Assembly: GCA_017398585.1 (NCBI GenBank) | Contig: JAFQFS010000170.1 | Span: 7,043 to 71,042 of the forward strand | DNA length: 64,000 nt | DNA from: Clostridia bacterium | GTDB taxonomy: Bacteria > Bacillota > Clostridia > Oscillospirales > CAG-272 | Direction of reading: 5' to 3' | Shown: piece after piece, positions 38,074 through 47,847 of the stretch | Layout of the letters: every line of letters starts with the position of its first letter | Position numbering within the stretch: position 1 is the first letter of the stretch | Notes under the pieces: model-generated | Told to the model about the DNA's origin: nothing | The model's database searches: none | Seen by the model: only the letters and a program-made list of their open reading frames with translations | Program-made: the position numbers and the translations under genes

Positions 38074-39585
38074 ATGAAACTCGGAGAAATCTTACGAGGT
38101 ACGGATGTCCGTACCGATGCGCCGGAGCTTGAAATTTCCGGTATAACGTCCGATTCCAGACGGGTGCGTCCCGGTTTCCTGTTCCTCTGTCTGCGCGGCG
38201 GCCGTCACGACGGTCACTTCCATGCCGGACAGGCGAAGGAAAACGGCGCGGTCTGCGTGATCGGCGAAACGCCCGCAGACGGCATGAACATGCTGCTCAC
38301 CGCATCCGCACGGGAGACGGAGTCGGTTGTCTGGTACAACTTCACCGGACGTCCGACCGACGGCATGACGAAAATCGCCGTCACGGGAACGGCAGGGAAG
38401 ACCTCCGTGGTGTTCACGATGCGGCACATCTTCCGTTCCGCCGGACATCACGTCGGTGTGATCACGACGATCTCCGCTCTCGCGGGGAACGATCCGGTAC
38501 CGCTCGGCGAATGCGGCGGTTCGTCCGTTTCCGACCTTGCAGGCGCGATGACTACCCCCGATCCGGAGTATTTCTTCGGAGCGGCGGCAGAAATGAAGGC
38601 GCGCGGGTGCGATACGCTGATCTATGAGGCGTCATCGCAGTCGCTTCTCCTGCACAAAACGGACGCGGTCCGCCCGGATGCGGCGATTTTCACGAATCTC
38701 TCCCCCGAACACCTCGACTGTCACGGGACCATGGAGGAGTATTTCGCAGCAAAGGCAAGACTGATGGAGTCCGCAAAACTCGGTATCACCAATGCAGACG
38801 ACCCGTACATGAGCCGGCTTCCGGAGATGTTTCCCCGGAAAACGGTGCTGACCTGTTCGTGCGATCCCGCACGGGTGTCCGATACGGATGTCTGTGCCAT
38901 CCGCATTGCTTCCCGCGGTGCGGACGGAATGGAGTACGTTTATTTCTCGGATGAAGCCGTTTTCCGGATCCGCACACCCCTCATCGGACGCCATTCGGTG
39001 GTCAATACGATGCAGGCGGCGCTGTGTGCCATCCGTCTCGGCACCGATCCGATGACGGTCAAGGAAGCCCTCGCCGACATGAGCGGCGTGGACGGCAGAC
39101 TTTGCCGTATACGCTTCCCGAAGGACTGCGGTTCTTCGGCCGACGTCTTCATCGACTACGCGCATACGCCCGATTCGCTGGCGGCGGCACTGGCCGCGCT
39201 GATGGAGATCAAACGGGAACGACTGATTGTCCTGTTCGGATGCGGCGGCGACCGCGACCGGACAAAACGTCCGAAAATGGCGGAGACGGCCCAAAAATAC
39301 GCGGATTTCGTCATCGTCACAGGCGACAACCCGCGGACGGAAGATCCCATGCGGATTCTTGACGAGATCATGCAGGGACTCGACCGGACAAAGCCGCACG
39401 CGGTCATTCCCGACCGCAGAGACGCCATCCGGTTCGCCGTGAACGAAGCACGGGAGGGAGACCTGATCCTTCTCGCCGGAAAAGGACACGAAAAATACGA
39501 AATCAACGCCGACGGAAAGCATCCGTTCGACGAGGAACGGATCGTCCTCGAAGCGGTCCGGGAGAAAAACAATCCCCAATCTTAG
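38074..39585 (+). CDS. murE: UDP-N-acetylmuramoyl-L-alanyl-D-glutamate--2,6-diaminopimelate ligase
   Basis: 503 aa; P-loop VTGTAGKTS; DNPR motif (GDNPRTEDP) indicating meso-DAP specificity. Confidence 0.95.
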   Translation: MKLGEILRGTDVRTDAPELEISGITSDSRRVRPGFLFLCLRGGRHDGHFHAGQAKENGAVCVIGETPADGMNMLLTASARETESVVWYNFTGRPTDGMTKIAVTGTAGKTSVVFTMRHIFRSAGHHVGVITTISALAGNDPVPLGECGGSSVSDLAGAMTTPDPEYFFGAAAEMKARGCDTLIYEASSQSLLLHKTDAVRPDAAIFTNLSPEHLDCHGTMEEYFAAKARLMESAKLGITNADDPYMSRLPEMFPRKTVLTCSCDPARVSDTDVCAIRIASRGADGMEYVYFSDEAVFRIRTPLIGRHSVVNTMQAALCAIRLGTDPMTVKEALADMSGVDGRLCRIRFPKDCGSSADVFIDYAHTPDSLAAALAALMEIKRERLIVLFGCGGDRDRTKRPKMAETAQKYADFVIVTGDNPRTEDPMRILDEIMQGLDRTKPHAVIPDRRDAIRFAVNEAREGDLILLAGKGHEKYEINADGKHPFDEERIVLEAVREKNNPQS

Positions 39586-39637
39586 AAATGTTTATTTGTG
39601 CGTCCCTCAATGATCTGGAGCGCAAATGGAGGTATAA

Positions 39638-41098
39638 ATGAGCGTTGAACTGAAACTGAAAACACTGACCCCTGCGGAGATCGCGGAAGTCACCGGCGGT
39701 ATGCTTGAGATCTACGGCAATATCGATGCCGGAGAGGAAATCCGATATGTTACCCACAATTCCAAGGAGACCGGAGACGGCGTCCTGTTCTGTGCTATTA
39801 AGGGACAGCGCGCCGACGGCAACGACTTCCTTCCCGAAGCCATTGAAGCCGGTTCCCGCTGCTTCCTCTGCAACCGTGTTCCGGACGCGGCAAAGGATCA
39901 GGCGTTTGCAAAGCCGTTCTGTGCGGTCGTCGTTCCCGATACCGTTCAGGCGATGGGTACGCTCGGTGCGTACTACCGCGGCTTCTCGAAGGCAAAGTTC
40001 ATCGCCATCACCGGCAGCGTCGGCAAGACCACTACGAAGGAATTCGTCTACGCCGTTGCGTCCGCCGCTTTCAAGACCCATAAAACCAGGGGCAATCTCA
40101 ACAGCGAAATCGGTCTTCCGCTGACCCTGTTCGATCTGTCTCCCGACGACGAAGTTTCCGTTCTCGAAATGGGCATGAGCGCGCTCGGTGAGATCGAACA
40201 TATGACGAAGATCGTCCGTCCCGACATCGCGGTTGTCACCAACATCGGCACGTCACATCTCGCGTCCCTCGGTACCCGCGAAAACATCTGCCGCGCGAAG
40301 ATGGAGATCCGTCTCGGTCTGAAGGAAGACGGCGTCCTCCTGCTCAATGCCGACGAACCTCTCCTGTTCGAACAGTACGAACAGCTCGAACCGAAGCCGA
40401 AGATCATGAGCGTGTACAACCGCTGCGGCGACTTCCGCGCGGTCAATATCCGCCAGAAGACCGACGGCATCGTGTACGACCTCATTTATTCCAACAAGGC
40501 AATCACGAACGTGGAAGTTCCCGCACTTGGCAAGCATAACGTTTATAACTCCCTCGCGGCGTACTCGGTCGGTGTGCTGCTCGGCATGACGGACGAACAG
40601 ATCCGGAGAGGGCTGAAGTCCTTCGTCGGTGCGGATATGCGTCTGAACGTTTACGACGTCGGCGGAATCACGGTCATTGACGACTGCTACAACGCAAGCC
40701 CGGAATCCATGCGCGCGGCGATCGACGTGCTGGTATCCATGGCGGCGAAGAAGAATACGCATGCGGCGGCACTTCTCGGCGACATGCTGGAGCTTGGCGA
40801 ATATTCGAGACTGATGCACGATCAGCTCGGACAGTACGCGGCACAGATGCAGGTACAGAAGCTGTTCTGCTACGGACAGATGGCGGATATTATTGCGGAA
40901 GCGGCGATCAAGAAGGGCATCCGTGCGGAGAATGTGTTCGTGTGTCTCGACACACGCGATCCGCAGGGAATGGCGAATATGATCCTGCAGACGCTCACGC
41001 CCGGCGACGTGCTTCTTGTCAAGGCAAGCCGCGGAATCCAGGCGGAACGCATCATCGAATGCATGAAAAAACGCAAAAACAAGAAGCGCCGCGGTTAA
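39638..41098 (+). CDS. murF: UDP-N-acetylmuramoyl-tripeptide--D-alanyl-D-alanine ligase
   Basis: 486 aa; P-loop ITGSVGKTTTK. Confidence 0.95.
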   Translation: MSVELKLKTLTPAEIAEVTGGMLEIYGNIDAGEEIRYVTHNSKETGDGVLFCAIKGQRADGNDFLPEAIEAGSRCFLCNRVPDAAKDQAFAKPFCAVVVPDTVQAMGTLGAYYRGFSKAKFIAITGSVGKTTTKEFVYAVASAAFKTHKTRGNLNSEIGLPLTLFDLSPDDEVSVLEMGMSALGEIEHMTKIVRPDIAVVTNIGTSHLASLGTRENICRAKMEIRLGLKEDGVLLLNADEPLLFEQYEQLEPKPKIMSVYNRCGDFRAVNIRQKTDGIVYDLIYSNKAITNVEVPALGKHNVYNSLAAYSVGVLLGMTDEQIRRGLKSFVGADMRLNVYDVGGITVIDDCYNASPESMRAAIDVLVSMAAKKNTHAAALLGDMLELGEYSRLMHDQLGQYAAQMQVQKLFCYGQMADIIAEAAIKKGIRAENVFVCLDTRDPQGMANMILQTLTPGDVLLVKASRGIQAERIIECMKKRKNKKRRG

Positions 41099-41119
41099 AA
41101 ATTCAAGCCGCACGTTGTC

Positions 41120-41345
41120 CGATTAAAAGTTTCGCTCAAGCCTTTTTAAAGGCTTGCAGAGTCCAGAGACAGCGTCTCTGGTCGCGGACCGCAGTCCGCG
41201 AAATACCCATCGACTCAAACAGGGGATCGCTTTGCCATCCAGCTTCATGAAGATAAACGAGGTATTCTCCATCCTCCGCGCGAGCGTCCCCCGAATTCCC
41301 AAAAACAAAGTTCCCCCAAACCCCAGGACCCCACCGAAAAATCCA
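41120..41345. other. structured non-coding spacer, possibly a decayed NPR copy
   Basis: Three tandem hairpins (41137-41156, 41163-41181, 41183-41200), then the C-rich tract CCCCCGAATTCCCAAAAACAAAGTTCCCCCAAACCCC resembling the NPR right arm + flank. Confidence 0.4.
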
Positions 41346-41366
41346 TAAAGATCAGGTAGAAAACAC

Positions 41367-42374
41367 ATGAATTACAACTTGATGTACATCGCGGCACTCC
41401 TTGCCACCTTCGGGATCACCGTTCTCATCTCCCGCAAGCTGATCCCGATCCTGAAAAGCCGTAAAATGGGGCAGACCATCCTCGAGATAGGTCCCCGCTG
41501 GCATAAGAACAAAGAGGGTACCCCCACCATGGGCGGTCTCGCCTTCATCGCAGCCGCTGCCATTACCGGCATCGCTGCTTCCGTCTACCTTGCTGTCATT
41601 GACGGCATCCGTTCCACCCTCCCCTTTATGTTCACGCTCGCATTCGGCATTGTCTGCGGTCTGATCGGCTGCGTCGACGATACCGCGAAACTCCGCAGAA
41701 AGCAGAACGAAGGCCTGACCGCCCCCCAGAAGTTCCTGCTTCAGCTCATTGCCGCCGCTCTCTATCTTCTCGGCATGACCCTTGTCTGCGGCATCGATAC
41801 CACGATCTACATCCCCTTCTTTGGTGCTGAAATCGACTTCGGTTTCTTCTACTACGTCATTGCTCTCCTCCTTCTCACCGGTGTCGATAACGCCGTCAAC
41901 CTCACCGACGGCCTCGACGGTCTCTGTTCGAGCGTTACCCTTGTCGTCGGTCTTTTCTTCACTGCAGCCGGCTATATGAACGGTCTCGCGGAACCCGACG
42001 GGGATGTCATCCTCCTCGGTGCCGTCCTGATCGGCGCGTGTGCGGGCTTCCTCGTCTATAACTTCTACCCCGCAAGAGTTTTCATGGGCGATACCGGCTC
42101 CCTCTTCCTCGGCGGGCTCGTCGTCGGCGGATCCTTTATGATCGATAATCCCCTGCTTGTTGTTGTTTTCGGTATCGTCTATATCATCGAGACCGCATCC
42201 GTTATCCTGCAGGTCGGCTACTTCAAGCTCACCCACGGCAAGCGCCTCTTCAAAATGGCGCCCATCCATCACCATTTCGAAAAATGCGGATGGTCCGAAA
42301 TCAAGATCGGCATCGCCGCGTCCGCGCTTACCGCGGTCATGGCGGTCGTTTCGATCCTGTTCGGACTGAAATAA
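41367..42374 (+). CDS. mraY: Phospho-N-acetylmuramoyl-pentapeptide transferase
   Basis: 335-aa polytopic ORF; LTDGLDGL and other MraY motifs. Confidence 0.97.
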   Translation: MNYNLMYIAALLATFGITVLISRKLIPILKSRKMGQTILEIGPRWHKNKEGTPTMGGLAFIAAAAITGIAASVYLAVIDGIRSTLPFMFTLAFGIVCGLIGCVDDTAKLRRKQNEGLTAPQKFLLQLIAAALYLLGMTLVCGIDTTIYIPFFGAEIDFGFFYYVIALLLLTGVDNAVNLTDGLDGLCSSVTLVVGLFFTAAGYMNGLAEPDGDVILLGAVLIGACAGFLVYNFYPARVFMGDTGSLFLGGLVVGGSFMIDNPLLVVVFGIVYIIETASVILQVGYFKLTHGKRLFKMAPIHHHFEKCGWSEIKIGIAASALTAVMAVVSILFGLK

Positions 42375-42424
42375 GAAATCAAGCCAAAATTACATAAAAC
42401 CACAGGAAAAAGGAGTGCGTGAAG

Positions 42425-43867
42425 ATGAATAACGAAAACCGGAACCGTGCCAGTCACGCACGCCGAAGACCGGAACAGACCACACCGGTATCCCGGGCAC
42501 GGACACAGCGTCCGGTGACCGCAGAGACAAAACCTGCCGTACAGCGGTATTCCGCTGGCGTTTCCCGGACGTCCGCGCCGAAGCCATCCGCGCCTGCAAA
42601 AACACGCGCCGTTGCTCCTGCACCAAAAGCGAACAGCAGAAAGGCGGCCGTCAAACGGGAACAGCAGCTCGTCAAAGAACGGAAGAATGCCCGTACCGAA
42701 GCCCTCTGGCAGCAGGAGGTCGTGCGCGTCCGCGGCGGGATCGACGGTGCAATGTTCGCCATTATCCTTATCCTCGTTGCTCTCGGCAGCATTACCGTGT
42801 TCAGCGCGAGCTATCCCGAAGCCGTCCGCAAAACCGGCGACGGGATGACGTATATCCGCAGTCAGATCGGCTACGTTCTGCTCGGCTTCGCCTGTATGGG
42901 GATTGCCGTCTGGTTCCCGATCGAAAAATGGCGCAGATGGGCACCCGTGACTGCATACAGCATCGCGGCCGTTCTGCTGATCGCCGTTCTGTTCATCGGG
43001 ACATCCGAAGGGGTCACCAAACGGTGGATCGACCTCGGACCGGTCAATGTCCAGCCGTCGGAGGTTATGAAACTGGCGATCATTCTGATGATCGCGTGGT
43101 ATTTCGATAAATACGAGGATCGGATGAACACGCCGCGGCAGAACTGGAAGATCCAGTATCAGTGGAATACCGTTCTCCCGATCGTGATTCTCGGCGGAGC
43201 GTGCGGTCTCGTACTGATCGGGAAACATCTTTCCGGCACCATCATCGTCGGAATGATCGGTCTTCTGATGCTGATCGTCGGCGGATGCAAACTGAAATGG
43301 CTGTTTGCGACCGGGATCCCGCTCGGCCTCGGAGCAATCGGTACGTTCCTGGCGCTGAACCCGTATGCGCTCAAGCGCATTACGACAAAGCTCGACGAAA
43401 ATGCCGACAAGCTCGACGAACTCTACCAGACGACCCAGAGCATCTACGCGATCGGCTCAGGCGGTCTGTTCGGCGTCGGACTCGGCGAAAGCCGGCAGAA
43501 GTTCAGCTACCTTACGGCGGCGCACACCGACTTTATCTTTGCCATCTGGTGCGAGGAATGGGGGTTTCTCGGCGCGGTCGCGCTGATCATCCTGTTCATC
43601 CTCTTCATGTGGCGCGGCTATGTCATCGCCCTGCGCGCACCGGATAAATTCACCATGCTGACCGCGTTCGGCATCACCACCCATGTAGGGATTCAGGCGT
43701 TCTTCAATATGTGCGTCGTTGCGGATATGTTCCCGAACACCGGGATCACGCTCCCGTTCTTCTCGTACGGCGGTTCGTCCCTCGTCGTCCTGATGGTCGA
43801 AATGGGTATCCTTCTCGCGATTTCCAGACAGTATTACAAGAAAAAATCCGATTTGAGAAAAAAGTGA
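42425..43867 (+). CDS. ftsW: SEDS family peptidoglycan glycosyltransferase FtsW/SpoVE with basic N-terminal extension
   Basis: ATG at 42425 (AAGGAG 9 nt upstream); about 95-aa Arg/Pro/Ala-rich N-terminus then a 10-TM SEDS body with AAHTDFIFA. Confidence 0.9.
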   Translation: MNNENRNRASHARRRPEQTTPVSRARTQRPVTAETKPAVQRYSAGVSRTSAPKPSAPAKTRAVAPAPKANSRKAAVKREQQLVKERKNARTEALWQQEVVRVRGGIDGAMFAIILILVALGSITVFSASYPEAVRKTGDGMTYIRSQIGYVLLGFACMGIAVWFPIEKWRRWAPVTAYSIAAVLLIAVLFIGTSEGVTKRWIDLGPVNVQPSEVMKLAIILMIAWYFDKYEDRMNTPRQNWKIQYQWNTVLPIVILGGACGLVLIGKHLSGTIIVGMIGLLMLIVGGCKLKWLFATGIPLGLGAIGTFLALNPYALKRITTKLDENADKLDELYQTTQSIYAIGSGGLFGVGLGESRQKFSYLTAAHTDFIFAIWCEEWGFLGAVALIILFILFMWRGYVIALRAPDKFTMLTAFGITTHVGIQAFFNMCVVADMFPNTGITLPFFSYGGSSLVVLMVEMGILLAISRQYYKKKSDLRKK

Positions 43868-43921
43868 TGGTTCCGGGGAACACTTCAAAAAAGATTTCCG
43901 GCATCCGATAAGGAGTTTTCT

Positions 43922-45049
43922 ATGAGAGTTTTAATGACCGGCGGCGGTACCGGCGGACACGTCAATCCCGCACTTGCCATTGCAAATACCATCAAGCAGA
44001 ACGATCCCGACGCCGTTATCGCGTATGCCGGGACCAAGCGCGGAATCGAGAACAAGCTCGTGCCGAAAGCCGGCTATCCCATGTACCACGTGGAAGTGCG
44101 CGGTATCAAGCGGAGCCTGTCTCCCTCCAACATCAAGGCGGCGTACCTCGCGCTGACCTCTCCCATCAAGGCAAGAAAGATCATCAGGGAATTCAAGCCC
44201 GACCTCGTGGTCGGTACCGGCGGATATGTTTCCTGGCCGATCGTCAAGGCGGCGGCATCCATGGGCATCCCCACCGCGCTGCACGAATCCAATGCCATTG
44301 CCGGCGTTGCCGTAAAGATGCTCCAGAAGAGCGTCGACCGCATCTACCTGAACTTTGAAAAAACCGGGGAAACCCTCACCTGCGACCGCGCAAAGCTCAT
44401 GCAGGTCGGGAATCCGGTTATGGGCGGATTCTCCTCCATGTCCCGCGAAGAAGCCAGAAAGAAACTCGGCATCCCCGATAAATACAAGTACATCATCCTG
44501 TCTTATGCCGGAAGTATGGGTGCAGAAAAGGTCAACGACGCGATCCTCTGCCTCATGAAGGAATTCACGGCAAAGCATCCGGAAGTGTACCACATTCACG
44601 CGACCGGTTCCATCGAACTCGAACTCTGCACCAGCCAGTTCAGGGAAATGGGACTCGACAAGTACGAAAATATTGAACTCTGCGAATACATCTTCGACAT
44701 GCCCGTGAAGATGGCGGCGGCGGACATCACCATCAACCGTGCCGGCGCGATGACCGTCTCCGAACTCGCCATCACAGGCAAGTCCGCGATCTTCATCCCG
44801 TCTCCGAACGTTGCGGAAAACCATCAGTACAAGAACGCGAAGGTTCTCTACGACGCGGGCGCAGCAGCTCTCTTTGAGGAAAAGGAACTCACCGACGGTG
44901 CGAAGCCCCTCATCGCTGAAGTGGAACGTCTGCTCGGAGAAGGCGGCGCGGCAATCCGCGCGGAAATGGGCGAAAAGATCCGGCAGTTCGCAGTACCCGA
45001 TTCGAACAAGCTGATCTACAACGACCTCTGCAAACTTGCAAAAAAATAG
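43922..45049 (+). CDS. murG: UDP-N-acetylglucosamine--N-acetylmuramyl-(pentapeptide) pyrophosphoryl-undecaprenol GlcNAc transferase
   Basis: 375 aa; GGGTGGHVNPALA motif. Confidence 0.95.
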   Translation: MRVLMTGGGTGGHVNPALAIANTIKQNDPDAVIAYAGTKRGIENKLVPKAGYPMYHVEVRGIKRSLSPSNIKAAYLALTSPIKARKIIREFKPDLVVGTGGYVSWPIVKAAASMGIPTALHESNAIAGVAVKMLQKSVDRIYLNFEKTGETLTCDRAKLMQVGNPVMGGFSSMSREEARKKLGIPDKYKYIILSYAGSMGAEKVNDAILCLMKEFTAKHPEVYHIHATGSIELELCTSQFREMGLDKYENIELCEYIFDMPVKMAAADITINRAGAMTVSELAITGKSAIFIPSPNVAENHQYKNAKVLYDAGAAALFEEKELTDGAKPLIAEVERLLGEGGAAIRAEMGEKIRQFAVPDSNKLIYNDLCKLAKK

Positions 45050-45083
45050 AATTTTACGATAAATTTTCCCGGAAGGAGGGTGA

Positions 45084-46325
45084 ATGATGCAGGAGAACCA
45101 GTACCCGCAGAAACAGCAGCAGGATATCCTGTATGTCTATGACCGCATCTGCAGAAAAGAATCCAAAACCCGGCAGATCCTGCAGGAATACGGCCCCAAT
45201 AGGATTGATGTGCCGGATGTCCAGCCGAACATGCGGACGGAACGTCCCTTCGGTAAGGCATTTGCGGAAAGTCAGCGGAAACGTGCGGAGGAATACCTCC
45301 GCGGGAATCCGGACCGATTGCGCACGGCTTCGAAAACCGCATGGTCGGAACCCGATGAACCGGAAGGAACAACCTTCACGGATGCGGCCGGAAACGAATA
45401 CATCTATCGTCCGGGAGCGGTAAGCGGCGGCGAAGCGGTAAGGCAGCAGCCTCTGCAGTTTCTCCGCGATCAGGTCGTCAGTATGTTTGAGTCCATTGAC
45501 TCCCGCAGAAAACGGGACGAGGACGCCGCCAAGCGCCAGGCGATCGCACATAAGAAATTTACCGAAAACCGCCATGCCCTGATTACCGCGTTTCTGATGC
45601 TTCTGGTCACGGCGCTGTTCATCGGATTTGTCTATTTCGCGTTCTTCGTCATCGCCGATGTCGAAGTCGAGGGATCCGAGATTTACACCGCGGACGAAGT
45701 CGTCGAAGCAGCGGGATTCGCCGTGGGGGACAACCTCTACTCGTTCCACGCCGGACAGGCGGAGGAGATGATCCTCTTCCATTGCCCGCAGATCCGTTCG
45801 GCGCAGATCTCGCGTACCGTGCCGAACGCAGTTGACATTGCGCTGACGGACGACAAAGCCGTGTACTATGCGGATATCTACGGCGATCTCGCCGTACTGT
45901 CCTCCGGACTTCGCGTTCTCGGCTTCACGGATGCGGAAACCGCGGAAGCGGACGGTCTGACCAGACTGGTTCTGCCGGCAGTCAGCGGATCCGTTGCCGG
46001 ACGGATCATTACCTTCACACAGGAACGTGATCTGCGCTATGTGCGCAGCGTGCTTTCGGCCGCAGAGGGATCGTCCCTGTTTGCGGAAGGACGGATCGAC
46101 CGGATCGATGTCTCGGACGAGCACAATGTAAAGGTCATCTGCGACGGCATGTATATCCTTAAGCTCGGTGACGAAAAGGAATGCGATCTCAAGCTCCGCA
46201 TGGCTTACAAGACCATCGATTCCAATTCGTTTGACCGCGAAATTCCTGCGAGCATCGACCTGAGCGATTTCAGCAGATCCGTTGAGGCGAGCGTCCGCTA
46301 CGACATGCGTCTTCTTGTCGACTGA
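45084..46325 (+). CDS. ftsQ: FtsQ/DivIB-type cell division protein with long N-terminal cytoplasmic extension
   Basis: About 160-aa charged N-terminus, TM helix ALITAFLMLLVTALFIGFVYFAFFVI, POTRA-like ADVEVEGSEIYTADEVVEAAGF; position before ftsZ. Confidence 0.75.
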   Translation: MMQENQYPQKQQQDILYVYDRICRKESKTRQILQEYGPNRIDVPDVQPNMRTERPFGKAFAESQRKRAEEYLRGNPDRLRTASKTAWSEPDEPEGTTFTDAAGNEYIYRPGAVSGGEAVRQQPLQFLRDQVVSMFESIDSRRKRDEDAAKRQAIAHKKFTENRHALITAFLMLLVTALFIGFVYFAFFVIADVEVEGSEIYTADEVVEAAGFAVGDNLYSFHAGQAEEMILFHCPQIRSAQISRTVPNAVDIALTDDKAVYYADIYGDLAVLSSGLRVLGFTDAETAEADGLTRLVLPAVSGSVAGRIITFTQERDLRYVRSVLSAAEGSSLFAEGRIDRIDVSDEHNVKVICDGMYILKLGDEKECDLKLRMAYKTIDSNSFDREIPASIDLSDFSRSVEASVRYDMRLLVD

Positions 46326-46400
46326 GCGCGGAACGATGGAGTTTCTGCCGGAAAAACGGCGGAAAAAACACAAAATTCAAAATTATTTTCAAAAAAACTA

Positions 46401-46429
46401 TTGCAAATTTGTCACCCATCATGTATTAT
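46401..46429 (+). promoter_or_regulatory. sigma-70-like promoter upstream of ftsZ
   Basis: TTGCAA (46401-46406), 17-nt spacer, TATTAT (46424-46429); a second TATAAT at 46439-46444. Confidence 0.5.
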
Positions 46430-46513
46430 ATAACGTAGTATAATGTTTTTATTATAGGTACAGGTTTGCCTAAATTCACTGAAAGACAATAACCGGACAA
46501 GGAGGGCACAGGA

Positions 46514-47728
46514 ATGCCGTTTGAACTTGAGGATAATAACTATGAAAGTGGTGTAAATATAAAGGTTGTAGGTGTCGGCGGCGGCGGGAACAACGCTCTG
46601 AACCGGATGATCAATACAGGCGTCCGCGGCGTTGAATTCATTGCAATCAACACCGATACACAGGCACTGATGAGATCCAGTGCAGCAAGACAGATCGCCA
46701 TCGGCGAACGCTGCGCGAAGGGAAAGGGCGCAGGCTCCAATCCCGAACTCGGTGCTATGGCCGCAGAAGAAAGCAGCGAAGAAATCAAGCAGGCACTTGA
46801 AGGTGCGGACATGGTCTTCATCGCAGCCGGCATGGGCGGCGGTACCGGTACAGGGGCTGCTCCCGTTGTTGCGCGTCTCGCGCAGGAAATGGGCATCCTG
46901 ACCGTCGGTATCGTAACCAAGCCGTTCAACTTCGAACGCAAGAAGAGAATGGATCAGGCCGAAGCGGGTATCGAAAATCTGAAGCAGTACGTTGACTCTC
47001 TCATCATTATCCCGAACGAAAGACTCAAGGAAGTCGAAGAAAAGATCACCCTTATGAACGCGTTCCAGATTGCGGACGACGTTCTCAGCCACGGTGTACA
47101 GAGCATCACCGAACTCATCAACGTACCGGAATACATCAACCTTGACTTTGCGGACGTTACCGCAATCATGAAGGATGCCGGCTACGCACACATGGGTATG
47201 GGCGAAGGTACCGGCAAGGGTATGGCGGAAGAAGCTGCAAGAAGCGCAATCCACAGCCCCCTGCTCGAAACCACCATTTCCGGTGCAAAGGGCGTTCTTA
47301 TCAGCGTAACCGTATCTCCCGACATCGCTCTCGAAGAAATCGAAGCGGCATCCGCTCTCATTTCCGACGAAGCTGCGGAAGATGCAACCGTTATCTGGGG
47401 TGCGGCATTCGACCCGTCTCTGGAAGATACCATGAAGGTCACCATCATTGCGACCGGTTTCGAAAACAAGAACGAGGTAGACGCGGCTTTTAACAAGAAG
47501 GCGGAATCTGCGCTCCGCCCGGTTGCATACGGCAAAAAGACTCCCGCAACCGCAAAGCCGGAAGTAAAAGTTGTTGAACAGCAGAGACCCGTTCAGAAGA
47601 AGCCTGTTGAACCCGTAGTCGAGGAAGAAGAAGACAAGAAGGACGACGATTCCCCGATCTCCGAAGATGATTTCAACGAAATCATCAAGATGCTCAACAT
47701 GAACAAGAACGGTCAGAAGAGATATTGA
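46514..47728 (+). CDS. ftsZ: Cell division protein FtsZ
   Basis: 404 aa; tubulin signature [13 protein letters not shown]; AAGGAGG RBS. Confidence 0.98.
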   Translation: MPFELEDNNYESGVNIKVVGVGGGGNNALNRMINTGVRGVEFIAINTDTQALMRSSAARQIAIGERCAKGKGAGSNPELGAMAAEESSEEIKQALEGADMVFIAAGMGGGTGTGAAPVVARLAQEMGILTVGIVTKPFNFERKKRMDQAEAGIENLKQYVDSLIIIPNERLKEVEEKITLMNAFQIADDVLSHGVQSITELINVPEYINLDFADVTAIMKDAGYAHMGMGEGTGKGMAEEAARSAIHSPLLETTISGAKGVLISVTVSPDIALEEIEAASALISDEAAEDATVIWGAAFDPSLEDTMKVTIIATGFENKNEVDAAFNKKAESALRPVAYGKKTPATAKPEVKVVEQQRPVQKKPVEPVVEEEEDKKDDDSPISEDDFNEIIKMLNMNKNGQKRY

Positions 47729-47730
47729 TT

Positions 47731-47805
47731 CAATAAAGTTTTCGGGGGAAACCTTTTTAAGGAAAAGGTTTCCCCCGAACCCCTTTCCAAAACCTTTTTA
47801 AACGG
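47731..47805. repeat. NPR repeat, solo unit immediately after the ftsZ stop
   Basis: CAATAAAGTTTTC outer arm + GGGGGAAACCTTTTTAAGGAAAAGGTTTCCCCC hairpin + flank CCCCTTTCCAAAACCTTTTTAAAC. Confidence 0.9.
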
Positions 47806-47847
47806 GAAAATGGAAAGGGATTTTTGTTATGCGAAGGGTGATGGATT

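Noticed and set aside
41154-41348. The 64-aa ORF between murF and mraY as a murD remnant or small protein.
   Set aside because: It has no Mur ligase motifs. It is a Pro/Arg-rich translation of hairpin and C-tract DNA, with no RBS.
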